From positions 39,122,001 to 39,186,000 of the forward strand of contig CM022670.1 of NCBI GenBank assembly GCA_012295275.1: a stretch of DNA of 64,000 bases, in the 5' to 3' direction. Each line of letters opens with the position of its first letter. Position 1 is the first letter of the stretch. Position numbers and translations under genes: made by a program. This DNA comes from Chrysomallon squamiferum. Taxonomy: Eukaryota; Animalia; Mollusca. The notes beneath the pieces are model-generated. The model made no database searches. It saw only the letters and a program-made list of their open reading frames with translations, and was not told the DNA's origin. Shown here piece by piece: positions 26,171-38,824 of this stretch.

Positions 26171-28699
26171 TGACTGTGTTTGTGTCTGTGTGTGTGTCTG
26201 ATAACATAGTGATCTGATGCTGCTAATTCATCACTATTTTAAAGCGGTTGTGGGGAGAGACATTAAATCGTTAAAACACCGCCTTGTTTCAGAGGTGCCA
26301 ATGCACCTGGATGAGGACAAGATGCATCTGGTGCGGGTTCCTTCGACCAGCGTGCACTTCGCCTACGACACGAAAGCAGCGTTGGAAGGGATTCTCGATC
26401 TGGAGTTCGGGTACCGGGACGGTTTCGCTGTGACGGTTGCTAATTTGTGCCGGTCGTACACTCGCTTCTTCAAGACTGGTACCACGTCAGCAGTGCTGCT
26501 TGGGTCAGGAACTGGTCGAGCAGCCTTTGAGATGAGTAAAACATTCGATAAGGTAATTTTTGTTGTTTTGTAATTTCATTGCCTTGTAATTTTTTTAACA
26601 AATTCTGATTCTTGTATATTTGGTTATAACTGCTGTTCATTTATTTGTTGTTGTTGTTTTTTTTAAATATAATATTGATCATTTTTGTATGTTTATTGTT
26701 GTTTTTGTGTTTTGATTTCTGGGGGAATGATGGGGGTTGTTTCTTTATTTCTTTATTTTTTTTATTAAATATTCGAATATTTAATTTTAAAATTTAACAT
26801 ATTCATCTTTAAATTCTAAATGTAGCAAAATATTATATTTTGTTATTTTATTTTGCAGTCTTAACTTGCATGAAAATTCTATTTGGTCGTTTCAAGTGAT
26901 TATACCTTTTCTTTTATTTATTTTTTTTTTTTCACTGAATATATTTGCTGATTTGAAGGTTTTGGGTGTGGAGTACAGTGGACGAATGACTGACACAGCA
27001 CTCAAAATTCAGCAGCACCGCAGTCTTTCGTACGTTTGTGCCAACGGAGAATCAAGGCAGATAACTCTGGATGACAGCTGCAATCCTGGCAGAATTGTTT
27101 TCAAACAGGTACAGAATGGCAATGTTAAAAGATTATCCAAAGTATTTTAAGTTAACAACAGTCTCATCTTTATAAAACAGTTTTGTCTTTTAACATAAGC
27201 AAACAACAACCTTCTCAAACTAATGTGGACTGAATGTCTTGTGTGTTTTGTTGGTTTGTTTGTCATTGTTAGTTAATAGAGAATACTTAATGTATGTATC
27301 CTGATGTAGATTGATTGTTATAGAATAATTAATGTACGTGTCATTATTTAAATTCAATGTTATAGAATAATTAATGTACGTGTCATTATTTAAATTGTTA
27401 TAGAATAATAAATGTATATGTCATTATTTAAATTCATTGTTACAGAATAATTAATATGTGTGTCATTATCTCTATTGGTTGTCATTGAATAATTAATGTA
27501 GAAATTATTATTTAAGTTTGTTTTAATTTATAAAAAAATAATTAATATATGGTTTATTTAAAATAGCTGTTACAAGCTGTGTTTTTTCCATAATTAATAT
27601 GGTTGCATTTACAGAAAGTTAATGATACTTGTTAGAGTAAACTAATATCTGAACTTATCAGTAATTTATCAGTGATACACATATATACTGGGTACTGTTT
27701 GTTTCAGCTGACATGGATTCCAAATGAGGTTGGGTCACATGACCTTGTTCTGATTACAAATCTCAATAGACTTCAAAACCCAACAGGTGATATTTCATTT
27801 TGTAAAATAAATAATTTATTTTCATTATGTTTAAATTTCATTGTTTTTATATTTCATTTTATTTATTTATTATTTTATATTTATTTATCAAAAAATGTTT
27901 GTAGGTGAGAGGAATGTGGATGTTTTTTTTTTAATGTTATAAATTTCAGTAGTTATATCCGTTTTTATTAAAATTTTAGATCATTAATTTACATTAATTA
28001 CAATTGAATTAATAAACTTAACATTAATTAGTATTCAGTTTTTTAACTTAAATATGGATGGATGGATGGATGGATAGATGATAGATAGAATGATAAGAAT
28101 TCATTCTTTCATTCTGATTTTCAGCCTGGCTGCTTCGTCTGTGGGAGATCACAAAGGCTCATGGGATTGCTGTTGTTGCCTGTGAAAACTTCACATGGGA
28201 TTGTCACAAACTTGAACCAGTTTTGGGTAGAAAGTAAGCAGACGTTTTTTCCAAGTTCAATTGTTATTACAGACTAAATTGTAATATAAAAACCAGTAAA
28301 ATGGAGAATGTTTTTTTTCCACTTTAAAACAAAAGAATTAAAAATAGAAGAAATAAAAATTTATAAAACATTTTGTTGAATGTATAATCTGGTTTTTACC
28401 ACTTATGCAAATTTATTTGGAAACCAACATAAAGTCAACTCAACAAAATTTCCTTTTTTTCTTTTAGGAATTTGCACCATTTTTTTTTTTTCTCTCAGGA
28501 ATTTTTTCTGTTTATTATAAGCAAAAACCTGTTTTGGAGATACAAAAAAAAAAAAAAAAAAAAATCATGTCAACAGGTAATCGTATTTTTTTTTTTTTTT
28601 TTTTATTTCAGACTCAAATGTATCAGTACTCAGGAAGTTCCATTTGAGGGACCAGATGGTGACAAAGTTGCCATGGTTACTGTTTGGAAACGCATATAA
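15451..28699 (+). CDS. ovoA: OvoA-type 5-histidylcysteine sulfoxide synthase (DinB-like + FGE-sulfatase + divergent SAM-methyltransferase-like domain), 757 aa, 18 coding exons
   Basis: Exons 15451-15527, 16638-16702, 18274-18386, 19027-19095, 19546-19686, 20671-20797, 22022-22139, 22529-22692, 22954-23086, 23594-23741, 24405-24491, 24984-25148, 25687-25867, 26293-26552, 26959-27108, 27708-27786, 28125-28233, 28612-28699. All GT-AG with matching phases; total 2274 nt. OvoA hallmark motifs present: LPLIFYFAHT, GVDEMSWDD, Fe-binding HERIHLE (H-x3-H-x-E), SYGWDNEYG, WPVECNYHEAKAFCAW, GNVWEW, YDDFS (catalytic Tyr motif), GGSWISTGDE, FRRHFFQHSGFR. Confidence 0.93.
15942..16243. mobile_element. pogo/Tigger-like (Tigger4/Zombi-type) MITE in the ovoA intron after the ATG exon
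   Basis: TA then CAGGATGAGAATCTTTATCCAAAATGCTTGG at the left end and the inverted end TAAGGGATTCTCAACC near 16226-16241; a related copy at 43147. Resembles the remembered Tigger4 terminal sequence CAGGTTGAGTATCCCTTATCCAAAATGCTTGGGACCAGAAGTGTTT. Confidence 0.65.
17697..18228. repeat. A-rich low-complexity tract, about 530 bp
   Basis: Almost entirely A with interspersed T, ending in a long poly(A) run about 45 nt before the acceptor of ovoA coding exon 3. Confidence 0.9.
23948..24197. repeat. (TTTA)n microsatellite with higher-order variants
   Basis: TTTA units with recurring TTTACTTTCTT interruptions; the source of the spurious FIYL ORFs. Confidence 0.9.
25323..25683. repeat. (TTG)n/(TTA)n compound microsatellite
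   Basis: Directly visible. Similar tracts at about 1800-1870, 8270-8450, 8845-9020, 10990-11034, 18760-18835, 38782-38827 and 57458-57543. Confidence 0.9.
27316..27500. repeat. Minisatellite, about 40 bp unit, about four copies
   Basis: TGTTATAGAATAATTAATGTACGTGTCATTATTTAAATT(CAA) repeated in the ovoA intron after coding exon 15. Confidence 0.8.
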
Positions 28700-29625
28700 G
28701 ATGAACACACCTGTTTACAGTGTGGCATTGTTTTACACATTTTGTTATGGAGATTTACTTTATCTGGACAAAGTTTACATTTTTTTGGTGTAAGGTCTAC
28801 TGCAATTTAGTTTGATATATTTTTAGAAATACGATATTCGTTCTTTTTCTGTTTTACATTTATTTTTAATTTATGGATTTGGATATTGGATATGTCCATT
28901 TTGATTTTTATTGTATTTTTAAATAAACAAAATTTTGAAGATAATATGATAAGGATATTATCAGAGCTTTTGTAATTCATGAGAAAAGGACACGATTTAG
29001 TGGTAATGTTAAGTTTAATGTAAATTATGTACCAATTAAATGTTTATTTGTGATCAAGCTTTTCTTTAAAAAAAAAAAAAATTAAATCAAACAGTACTTC
29101 ATGAACAAGACAATCATTGTAGATACAACATTTTGTTACATTTCATAAAAGAAAACAAATATTATTTAATGCTGGAATCATTATGTTAACCTTTGTGGAC
29201 CAAACATCTTTATTTTTATTTGTTTTGGGGTTTTTTAAAATCTTTTTGTCACAAACATATTTTTTTATATATTTACTTTTAATTTAAAAATAAATTATTA
29301 GTCTGTTTTTAGCACAAGGATTAGTTGTCTCAAAAATTGAGCTTGGTCAAAAATACTTGTTATACTGTTATCATTGATCATTGGTCTGTTTTAGAGAGAA
29401 AACTTCAAATGTAGTTGTTCGTTAGTTTTAGTGCTTGTATATATATATATATATAATATAATTGTTTGTTCTTGTTTTTTGGATAATATCTGTTTCGTTA
29501 ATCAAACTGGATATGGGTAATAAAAAGAAGGCAAAAAAATTTAAAATAAAATCATTCTTGAACTTTTAATTTAAAGACTTGCCTCACGTACCCACACCCA
29601 CACACACACACAGACACACACGCAT

Positions 29626-29658
<33 letters not shown>

Positions 29659-30526
29659 TGGAAAGAAGAAAACTGATTATGAATGACAAAATGTGTCAAA
29701 CAAGACCAGATTTTACTTTTAATGTGTATTTGCATATTCCCAGCCATTTTTTTTTTTTTTGTTCAAAAATATATACACATAAGATAAAACAAATGGTGAT
29801 GAAGATTAATAAATTATCATAGTTTTACCTTACAAATCTTTAGCATAAAAATGTCTGTTTTGGAAAACACTCATTACCTGTTAGTAAATCTCATCAAGTG
29901 CTGTATTGTATCATCTGTTTAAAATTTTACCAGAGTTTAAGTTGCCTGTTGATATCAGTTTATCCATTATTACTGCACAAATGTTACAACAACAGGTTTT
30001 TGTTGTAGAAAATCTACATATTTAAAATGTGGTTTTTTTTTTTTATTTACAATAAAATTAATCTATCAGTTATTCATTTGTTGTTAATCATCTGGAATTG
30101 ATACAATCCATTTTTGTTTTCAGAGAGAAAAATTTCAGTAAGATTTTTTTAAGCTGAAACTGAAACATGGATGCAGATCTTAATGAATGTTATTTAAGAG
30201 TAAGACAAAAGAAATCGCAATTTGTTAAATGTATTTTCTCAAACAACATAATACTCACAATCTCCTAAACACAACCAGACTTCTTAATGAAAATTTTAAT
30301 TAATGAGACAGTGCAAATTTTTATTAAATGTTACTTGATAAAGGAGGGTGGTTGGAACTGTAAATAATGTGAATACTCCTCAATAAAATCAGAAAATGGA
30401 GACTAGTGACAAGTGGTGGTTTTTTCCTCGTACAAGAGCATTAAATTCAGTTGAAATATCAATTACTTAGGAATTGTAAATAATGTAAATTATCATTGTT
30501 GAAGAACAAAAACCATGTGAGTTGTA

Positions 30527-33500
30527 TTATGTCACTTTACTTTTCATTACTGTTTCAATACAAAATTCATACATTTCTTTGTTCTTGGCTTTCAGTTCAG
30601 CCAGTTCTTTCTCTAATGTCTGCGTTTTCTGTTCAAATTGTTCCACTTTTGTTTGTTCCTGCTGCAAAATATAATAAAATATATCAATTAATTACTTGTA
30701 AATAAATAAAATATATGCATACAATATAGAGTTTAGGAAGAAAAATATTAACGTGTAAGTTAAAAAAAAATATAATACTGATTGAAGGTTGTTAATAGAA
30801 TAAATTGTTTCACAAATGCAGAAGAAAACAGTATATTTATGCTTTTTAAAAGAGGGTAATATGATTTAGTAATTTGGAGAGAATATTTTTGGAGAATAAT
30901 GTTTTTTATAATTCTGTAAATCTAAATTAATATGTTACTTACAAGAATATTCATAATCCTATCAGACTCTATTAATTTGTTCATGCGTTCTTGGTCATTC
31001 TGGAAAAAAAGTATTAATGAAAATTATTACAATGATCTATTTTGTTTAAATAAATTTTTAGGATTCATTATTGGTGAAGAGTTCATTAATACTAAGTTAC
31101 TTTAAGTGACAGCATAGGTTTCTTCCATAATGAGATATCAAATATCTGCTGTCACTTATTGGTCAGTTTTTATTATGTAATAAATATGTTATATGCTCAG
31201 AGATAAACATACAGAATCTTATTTGCTATATAGTCATTAAACAGCTTGAAAAGAGATCACATTTGCTTTCTCCAAAATCATTTAATATAAAACCGATCTC
31301 GATACTAAGAATCTTTCTGATTTAAAAAAGCCTATTTTATATATTCTCCCTTTGTTTGCTAGCTAACTCAAGATTTGACAACACAATGGTGTCAGTTAAA
31401 CCAAAGTAGAAATATTGGTAAGCAATAAATTGAAACTGAAACATTTCTAACAGAAAAGACGTCGGTGGTAAAATACTCACACTTCTGTTGCCTGGCAACC
31501 GTATTTCCAGGGTTTCTGCTGTGTTCTCCTCAGCACTGCTGATGTGAAGGCTTCGTTTGAACTGTTTGACTGGCAGTGTTGGCTTTCTGTCTGGATTCGC
31601 TATAGCTCTGGGTGTCAGCATGAAAAAAGCATTTGTGATACTTGCTGAAAAATAAATTGCACAGTGTCGCATAATGTAAGATATGCTTGTATTTTACATT
31701 TCATCTTTTTTTTCTTTCTTTTTTTCTGCCTAATACATAATAACCCAAAGCAAGCTTAACCGATAAATAAATATATTCTTATCTATTCGAATTATCATCG
31801 GGTCATTTGATGAAAAATAATATGTTTATTATTGGGTATGAAATTAAACATTATTAAAGATTAAGGGCCAACCGATTAAAAACGATAAGTATTTTGATGT
31901 TTATCAGTCCCCTATCTTCCTCTATCTCTCATACACACACTTGTATACTTCACATGCCTGTACTTGCATATGTATTAATATACATTTATCTTACTCATAA
32001 TCACACCTGAAAACTACTGACATTAATATCAGGATACAAACTGTACATAAGAAAACAAACAACACACATGCACCCACAAGAATTATATAAATGCAAACAC
32101 AAACACACAGATACACATCATTATTTTACTCTCATTAGTGATTTCAAAAAGGTTTTTCATGCCTTATAAACACCTGTCAAGCATTTTAAATATAATCTCT
32201 TCATATCAATTTTTGTCTTACCTTTATGTGCAAGAGTTCGAAGGCACTGTCCACTAAACACGTCCCAAATGCGACATGTGCTGTCATGTGAACCTGACAC
32301 TAGCCTCGTAGCATCCAGCGAAACTGATAACTGAGTGACCTGTTTCCTTTTTTTTTTTTAAAAAGCAAAATTAAATAATATTAAATTTAACATAACAGGA
32401 ATGAGATTTTAAAAAACGAATATGCAAAGTAGAAATAATTTCCAGTTTGGTAACTCTTAGCCATGAGGATAGACAGCATAAAGTAACTTTTATTTAAAAT
32501 ACTGAAGACAAAATTAAAATATTTTCTTAATACCAACTATTTTTTCTCCTTATATGTAAGAATTTAAGAAAGCAAAGAAATAACTTTCAAAGGTATTTTT
32601 AATTTTTAATTTTTTTTTTTTTTTTTTTTTAAAATACTGCACCATAAAATTCAAGAAGAAGCAATTTTAAAAATGATTTTAAACTATTTACTCGTGTCCT
32701 TTGAAACAACTGACTCCAGTCTGCTCTGCTTCAGTACTACAAATATGTCGCTCAGTCTTCACTGGCTGACAAATAAAAAAATAAAATGAACAATTAAAAA
32801 CAAAGTCTCTGAATACAAGTATTTCTCCCTAGAGTGTGTACTCAGATTACAGTGGATTTTTTTTTAAATTTCTATATTTACTGACACATTACATGTATGA
32901 GGAAAAAAACTAAATGAAAATCTCAAGATCTAATTGTGTTGTTCCATTGTCATATCTAACTACTGATATCTAACTACCTGGACTGAAAATACAAATAAAA
33001 TAACAATTTGCAAGAATACAGCATGCATTTTATAATGTTTTTATCACCAAAGAAGTACTTAAATTATAAATAACTTTAACATTTTATCTTTTTCAAAATA
33101 TTATTAATAAAGTGCTCTAAAGTCCCAGATTAATACATTTTGGTGTTGAAATAAAAACAACTAACCTGTCCATACATATTCACTGTATAAATGATGCCAT
33201 TAGTCCCACCAGCAAACAACCTGAATTCAGCAGCATCCATAGTCACAGATACTATACTTGTATCAAACACAAAGGTACACAGCAGACTGCCAGAAGCAAT
33301 GTCCCACAGCTAGGAGATACAACCAGTAATTAGAACCATGTTGTCTTTATTAATTCAGCACCAATGATCATTAATGTTTTAATTAATATAATGACGTAGC
33401 AGTGATACAGACAAGGATATTATATTTATTTTTATGACAAAAAGTTATCAAAAGAAAGCAGAATTTTAACAAATATATTATTGTTTAACAAAAACAATTT

Positions 33501-34368
33501 TCAAAGGTTTTTTAAATGGGGTATCAAACAGCAAGTATAGGTTATTTCATCTGTTTACTAGTTAAAGAAATCTAAATATATATAAAAATATGAAAAATAG
33601 GGTACTTTCACTATTTCAAATATATATATATATATACACACACACACATATATTTGAAATAGTTAAATTACTGCTATCTTTTTTTAAATATTTACAAAGT
33701 TTTTTTTCTATGTTCATACATATATTTATTAAACAAGATGGAATGTAACATTTCAAAATTATATATAATTATATATGTATATGTAAATAAAATTTTGTTA
33801 TAAACATTTAAGTCTAGCAAACAAAAATGTCAGTTCTCACTTTGCAGGTGTGGTCCAGGGAAGAGGAGACAACTCTTGCTCTCACACTTCCTGCTCCGAC
33901 ATGCATGTCTGTGATTGGTAGAGAATGACCCGACCAGATTCGGAGAGGATCTGACTGGCTTGTCACAGACAACGACTCAGAAAGAATACTGCGATAAAAA
34001 TTACTTCTGTGTTACCTCTGTCTCTAGTTTGTTTCCATTATTATTGTTATTAATGTTTTTTTTTAATTTTTAATTTTTAATTTTTTTTAACTATCTTTTT
34101 TTTTTTTTTTTTAATAACTATTTTTTTAATCAGTAATAACAAGTTATTGTAAAGGCAAACGTAAGTATTTTAAGTGTCAAATATATACAGGTTACTTGAA
34201 TTATTATTATTTCAGTTATATCACTTTTGATGATTCTTTTATTTATGAGCTGCATAGGAATGTTTTTACTAAATGTAAAGAATTTATACATTAATGATTC
34301 ATAGTATATTATGTATTTATATTTATAGCTAGATATATAATTACATAGATGGACTGATAGAAAGAGAC

Positions 34369-34399
<31 letters not shown>

Positions 34400-34467
34400 A
34401 ACAAACAGACAGACAGACAATTAGATAAAGAGATAGAGATAGAGATATAGATAGAGAGATAGAGATT

Positions 34468-34520
<53 letters not shown>

Positions 34521-35670
34521 CAGTCAATGATAACACTGGAAAGGCATTAATCAAAATTTATATCTAATTCAGACATCTACTATGATCTAGTTCTAATTAT
34601 AAAACTGATTCTATTTTATCAGTTCCCTTGCCTTCAAAATATGAACATCATGTATTAAAAACAATTTTTTTAAGGATAATTTTCAAACTGGGCCTGATTA
34701 TAATGATTAATGTGGAAATGGCTAAACACTATTATTAAATTTTTAGATGACAGATGTGAACCTTGACAAAGACCAAACAATAACTAAATTATCTTCTGCT
34801 CCAGACACAAAGAGAGAACCATCGTCTGTAAACTTGATTACGCTGATGTTCTGATAGTGTCGACTAACCACAGCCAGCAGATTTCCTGAACAAACCTAGA
34901 GAATAAAACAGAACACAGGAAACCTAAATAATCTAAATATATACGAATATGCAATTTTATGAATACATTATTTTTTTTTTAATTATTATGGATCAGTTGA
35001 ATCAAAAAAGGCTTTTACTCAGGCAAAAAGTTTAACATTCTAATAATAAACTGATCTAAAATACTGAAGAAAAAAAATCATTTTGTTAAAAAGAAAGTGA
35101 ATGAACAATAAAGAATGTGTCATCAGTTATATTTAATGACTTTTCTTTATGAATATTTATTTTTGAGCAGCTTTTTTTTTATGCATGTTTTATTATTTTT
35201 TAATTCTTGACATGTTAATAAACACATACCTGCCATATGTGTAACTTATCTGCAATGCCTCCTACACAATAACTCCCATCAGGAGAAACAGCAAGGGCAG
35301 TAACTCTTCCTGGACAAACCATTCTCATTTGTGTCTGGTCCTATGAATGACAATATGGTTTAAGTTTTTCTTTTCTTGAATAATAAATACACAAACTCAA
35401 GAAAACAGCAACATATTACTGTACACTGTATCCATTAGAATCTTAAAATGTGTTATAAAGTATATTACTTTGTATATTTAATTATGTACTGAACATTTTT
35501 GACTGTTTGTTTTTTTTTTATGCTGGTTTAATTTTTTTTTTTTTTTTGTTGTTGATGGTTCTTTTTGGAGCAGTTTTTTTATAGTATAATAGTATAAAAA
35601 ATTAAAAAATAGTATAAAAAATTAAATAATAGTATAAAAAATTAAAAAAATATATATATGTGTCGGTGTC

Positions 35671-35733
<63 letters not shown>

Positions 35734-36326
35734 CTACATATATGTTTCACAGTTTTTGAGAAATGTTAACCTTTTTCTGCAGAGACCATAGATGTAGAAG
35801 TGGTTTGTTGCTGTTTGCTCCTATCAGATATTCTCCTCCAAGAACACACAAAGTCCGAGGGCTGGAGATGCCTCCTTTGTAAGTGACCAGACTAGCACCA
35901 GTGTGTACATCCCAGACACAGGTGTTCCACAAATGTCCAGAACTATCACTAGTTATTAAAATCTATATAAAAGGTTCATAAATTAGTAGTAGTAGTAGTA
36001 GTAATAAATATTACGCTGTTTTTTTTGTTTTGTTGTTTGCTTTCTTTTTGTACAATAATTATATGAGAACGAAAACCAGCTAATCTAATTGCTAGTAACT
36101 GATAATCCTTCCCGTGGATTATTTACATTCGTTTAATTTCTGCAGCAGGCGTCTTCTGAAATCAAATTATCTGGTCCTATTTCGAAAAACATTTAATATT
36201 AATCAGAAGAGATATTTATTTTTCTCAACTAGTACAAAAAGAGTTCTGAACCTTTCCATACATTACTGCATTTGTATCAAAAATTAATAATTATATTTGC
36301 ACGCATACCTCGAAGGGCGCAGACAT
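30527..36326 (-). CDS. WDR18: WD repeat-containing protein 18 (Ipi3 homologue, rixosome/PELP1 complex), 433 aa, 11 exons
   Basis: Exons 36326-36309, 35962-35771, 35340-35230, 34895-34762, 33988-33841, 33309-33166, 32765-32692, 32346-32222, 31644-31481, 30999-30943, 30661-30527. Translation MSAPFEILITSDSSGHLWNTCVWDVHTGASLVTYKGG...SRHYQNIS...WSGHSLPITDMH...FKGHEKQVTQLSVSLD...SGSHDSTCRIWD and a C-terminal coiled coil, colinear with the remembered human WDR18. Confidence 0.93.
34370..34520. repeat. (AGAC)n/(AGAT)n compound tetranucleotide microsatellite
   Basis: Directly visible in WDR18 intron 4. Confidence 0.9.
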
Positions 36327-38779
36327 CTTGAAATTATGCTACGGGGAACAACTCTAATTAACTATTGCAACAATTTGGCCTATTTAGATTCCCTTCCCCT
36401 CATGATGTGTTCATCGAACAAATTTGTTTGCATGTGTGTTTGGTAAATTGATAATAAAATTTAATGTATTCTTCGCATTGTAAATTAAACTGAACGAATA
36501 ACAACAAATGGCAGAATTATTTCACTATTCACTTTATTAGTGAAAAGTATCAGTTTAACACTGAACAGAATTTAGTTTTCCAGCTTAGCGTGGACAGTCT
36601 TATTGACTGAGATCATGATTATAACATTATAAATGACATAACAAGCAGATATAAGACTAGTCGAAATCATAACTCCAGTATACAATACAAGCAAAATAAA
36701 ATATCACATCATCCAATTACATAAATAATTCCACAAAACACAAAGCACTATAAATAATTTACAAAATTCTAACTTAACAAAAATAAATTTAAAATCATGG
36801 CAGAGATATTGCAAAAGTGGGAATTTTCATTAATGACATTGTTTGCAAGTTAAATTTTTGCAGTAAAACTTTGTTAATAGTTATTTATAATTCTGCTTAA
36901 ACTGAATACATGATTGCAAAAGTCAAATTATATTTATATTTAGTTATAAATATTAAATATTTATACTGCTTTTTAATAAAAATAATAATAATAAATTTCA
37001 GCTTAAAATGTAACATTTTAGTCAAATATTTACCTACTGTTTTATTTTCTTTCTTACAAAAACAAAATATTAATACTACTGCATTTTCTGCTTTACTGTG
37101 AAGATATTTTATCAAAATAAATGATTAAGAACTATTGTAACTATTGCAAAAACATTTCACACACTGCAGAATTAAAACCTTTAGATGTTTAATAATAATA
37201 ATATTAATAAACACTTAGCTTTCATTGGAACTAAATATAAACAACACAAAGGCTAACAGTTTAAATGTCAAAAGTAATCAAATAATAATAACTACATTCA
37301 CTAGTATTGCTTCTTCACCTTAATGCAAAACAAAAGCTAATCAAAAGTAATCAATACAAAAGAACAAAAAATAAAATAAAGAACAAACTGTAAAATATTA
37401 ATCTACATGTCAGACAATACAAAATATTAGTAATCATAAAATCCTTCTAAATTGTGTACAAAAAGACTGTGTATACATCCAGATTTTTGCAACTTTATCC
37501 ATTAAATGATTTGGTTAAGTGTTTGTGATGCATATATACTCCAAGTCGACTTTGTATGATGCAGTAACAAATGACTCGACAGCTGGTTTTATATTATGAT
37601 TAAGCTAGTAACAGTTACATGCTAAGTTTAAGGCTTAGATGAGTTTTATGAATTTGGGTCTTGGAAACTCAATTAAGCAAATATTCTGAGTAACTGAATT
37701 TGTTTGTGTACTTATGCAACTACTCTTAAAATGTAAAGTAATTATATTTATCAATACAGGTTTGCAACAGATGCAAATTATATGTATTATAGCTGAACAA
37801 AAATCAATTGTAAAAATATACCCTAAAAGATCACAAATAAAGAGAGATTGTTGCAAATTGAATATAAATTAATATCATATGTATATGACATTCCTGTATT
37901 TATTTATTTCACAAAATAATAAACTGTTGGCAAAATAAAACAAGATAATAAACACATTTTTTTCAATATGTAAATGTGTTTATCAAATCAAAGAAACATT
38001 AAAGTTTTTGGTCTAAGTACCAAAAATGTAGGCAAAAATTCACATATTCTTGTGTTTAATTTCATGGAATATCAAAATGTAATTAAAATACCAACTGCTG
38101 AAATCGTTTTTTAAAACAATATTGACAACTGCATAACATGATTTTTTTTACCTATTCAGCATCAGAAAAATATCACTATTTACAAAATTAACACTGAGGA
38201 AAAAATAATTCAAAAATACATCAGCAGTTATTTTCCAAATGATGACAAAAGAAACCAAAACAACTCTAGCTGAAACAATAATTTAGAACATCTGCTTAAT
38301 ATATACACAAGTGAATACATTTCCAAATATTTATATCTAGAATATTCGGCGTAAATGTTATCAAATCTGTTTTAAAAAATAAAAACAATAAAAATAAAGT
38401 ACTGAAGTTATTAACAATTTATAATAAACAAGATATTGTACAAATTCTAAATGTAAGAAATAAATCGATATTCAATTTATTGATTGTCTGTAGAAAAAAG
38501 AAAAGAAAAAAGTACAAGCAATGAAGTTTCAGCATATGTATAATCAAAGGTGTCAACAAATATGAATAAAATGGAAAGTGAAAGCAATAGGGAAAAATAA
38601 TAATAATAATAATAATAATACACACTGTCAGTTAAGATATTTTAAAATGAAGGAAGTTTTGAATGGTTTAGAAATTCCAGACAGTATTTATACAATATGA
38701 GAAAAGAGGGATTTTGAAGTTATTTTATATTTTAGACTGAAAGTAAATTTACTGCTTGTGATCTTACTAGCAACTTCAA

Positions 38780-38824
<45 letters not shown>

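Noticed and set aside
27316-27500. CRISPR-like array
   Set aside because: The units are contiguous with no unique spacers; this is a eukaryotic intronic minisatellite.
15451-28699. ovoA as a recent bacterial transfer or contaminant
   Set aside because: It has 17 spliceosomal introns in the coding region, host repeats inside them and ordinary animal neighbours; ovoA is an established gene in many marine invertebrates.
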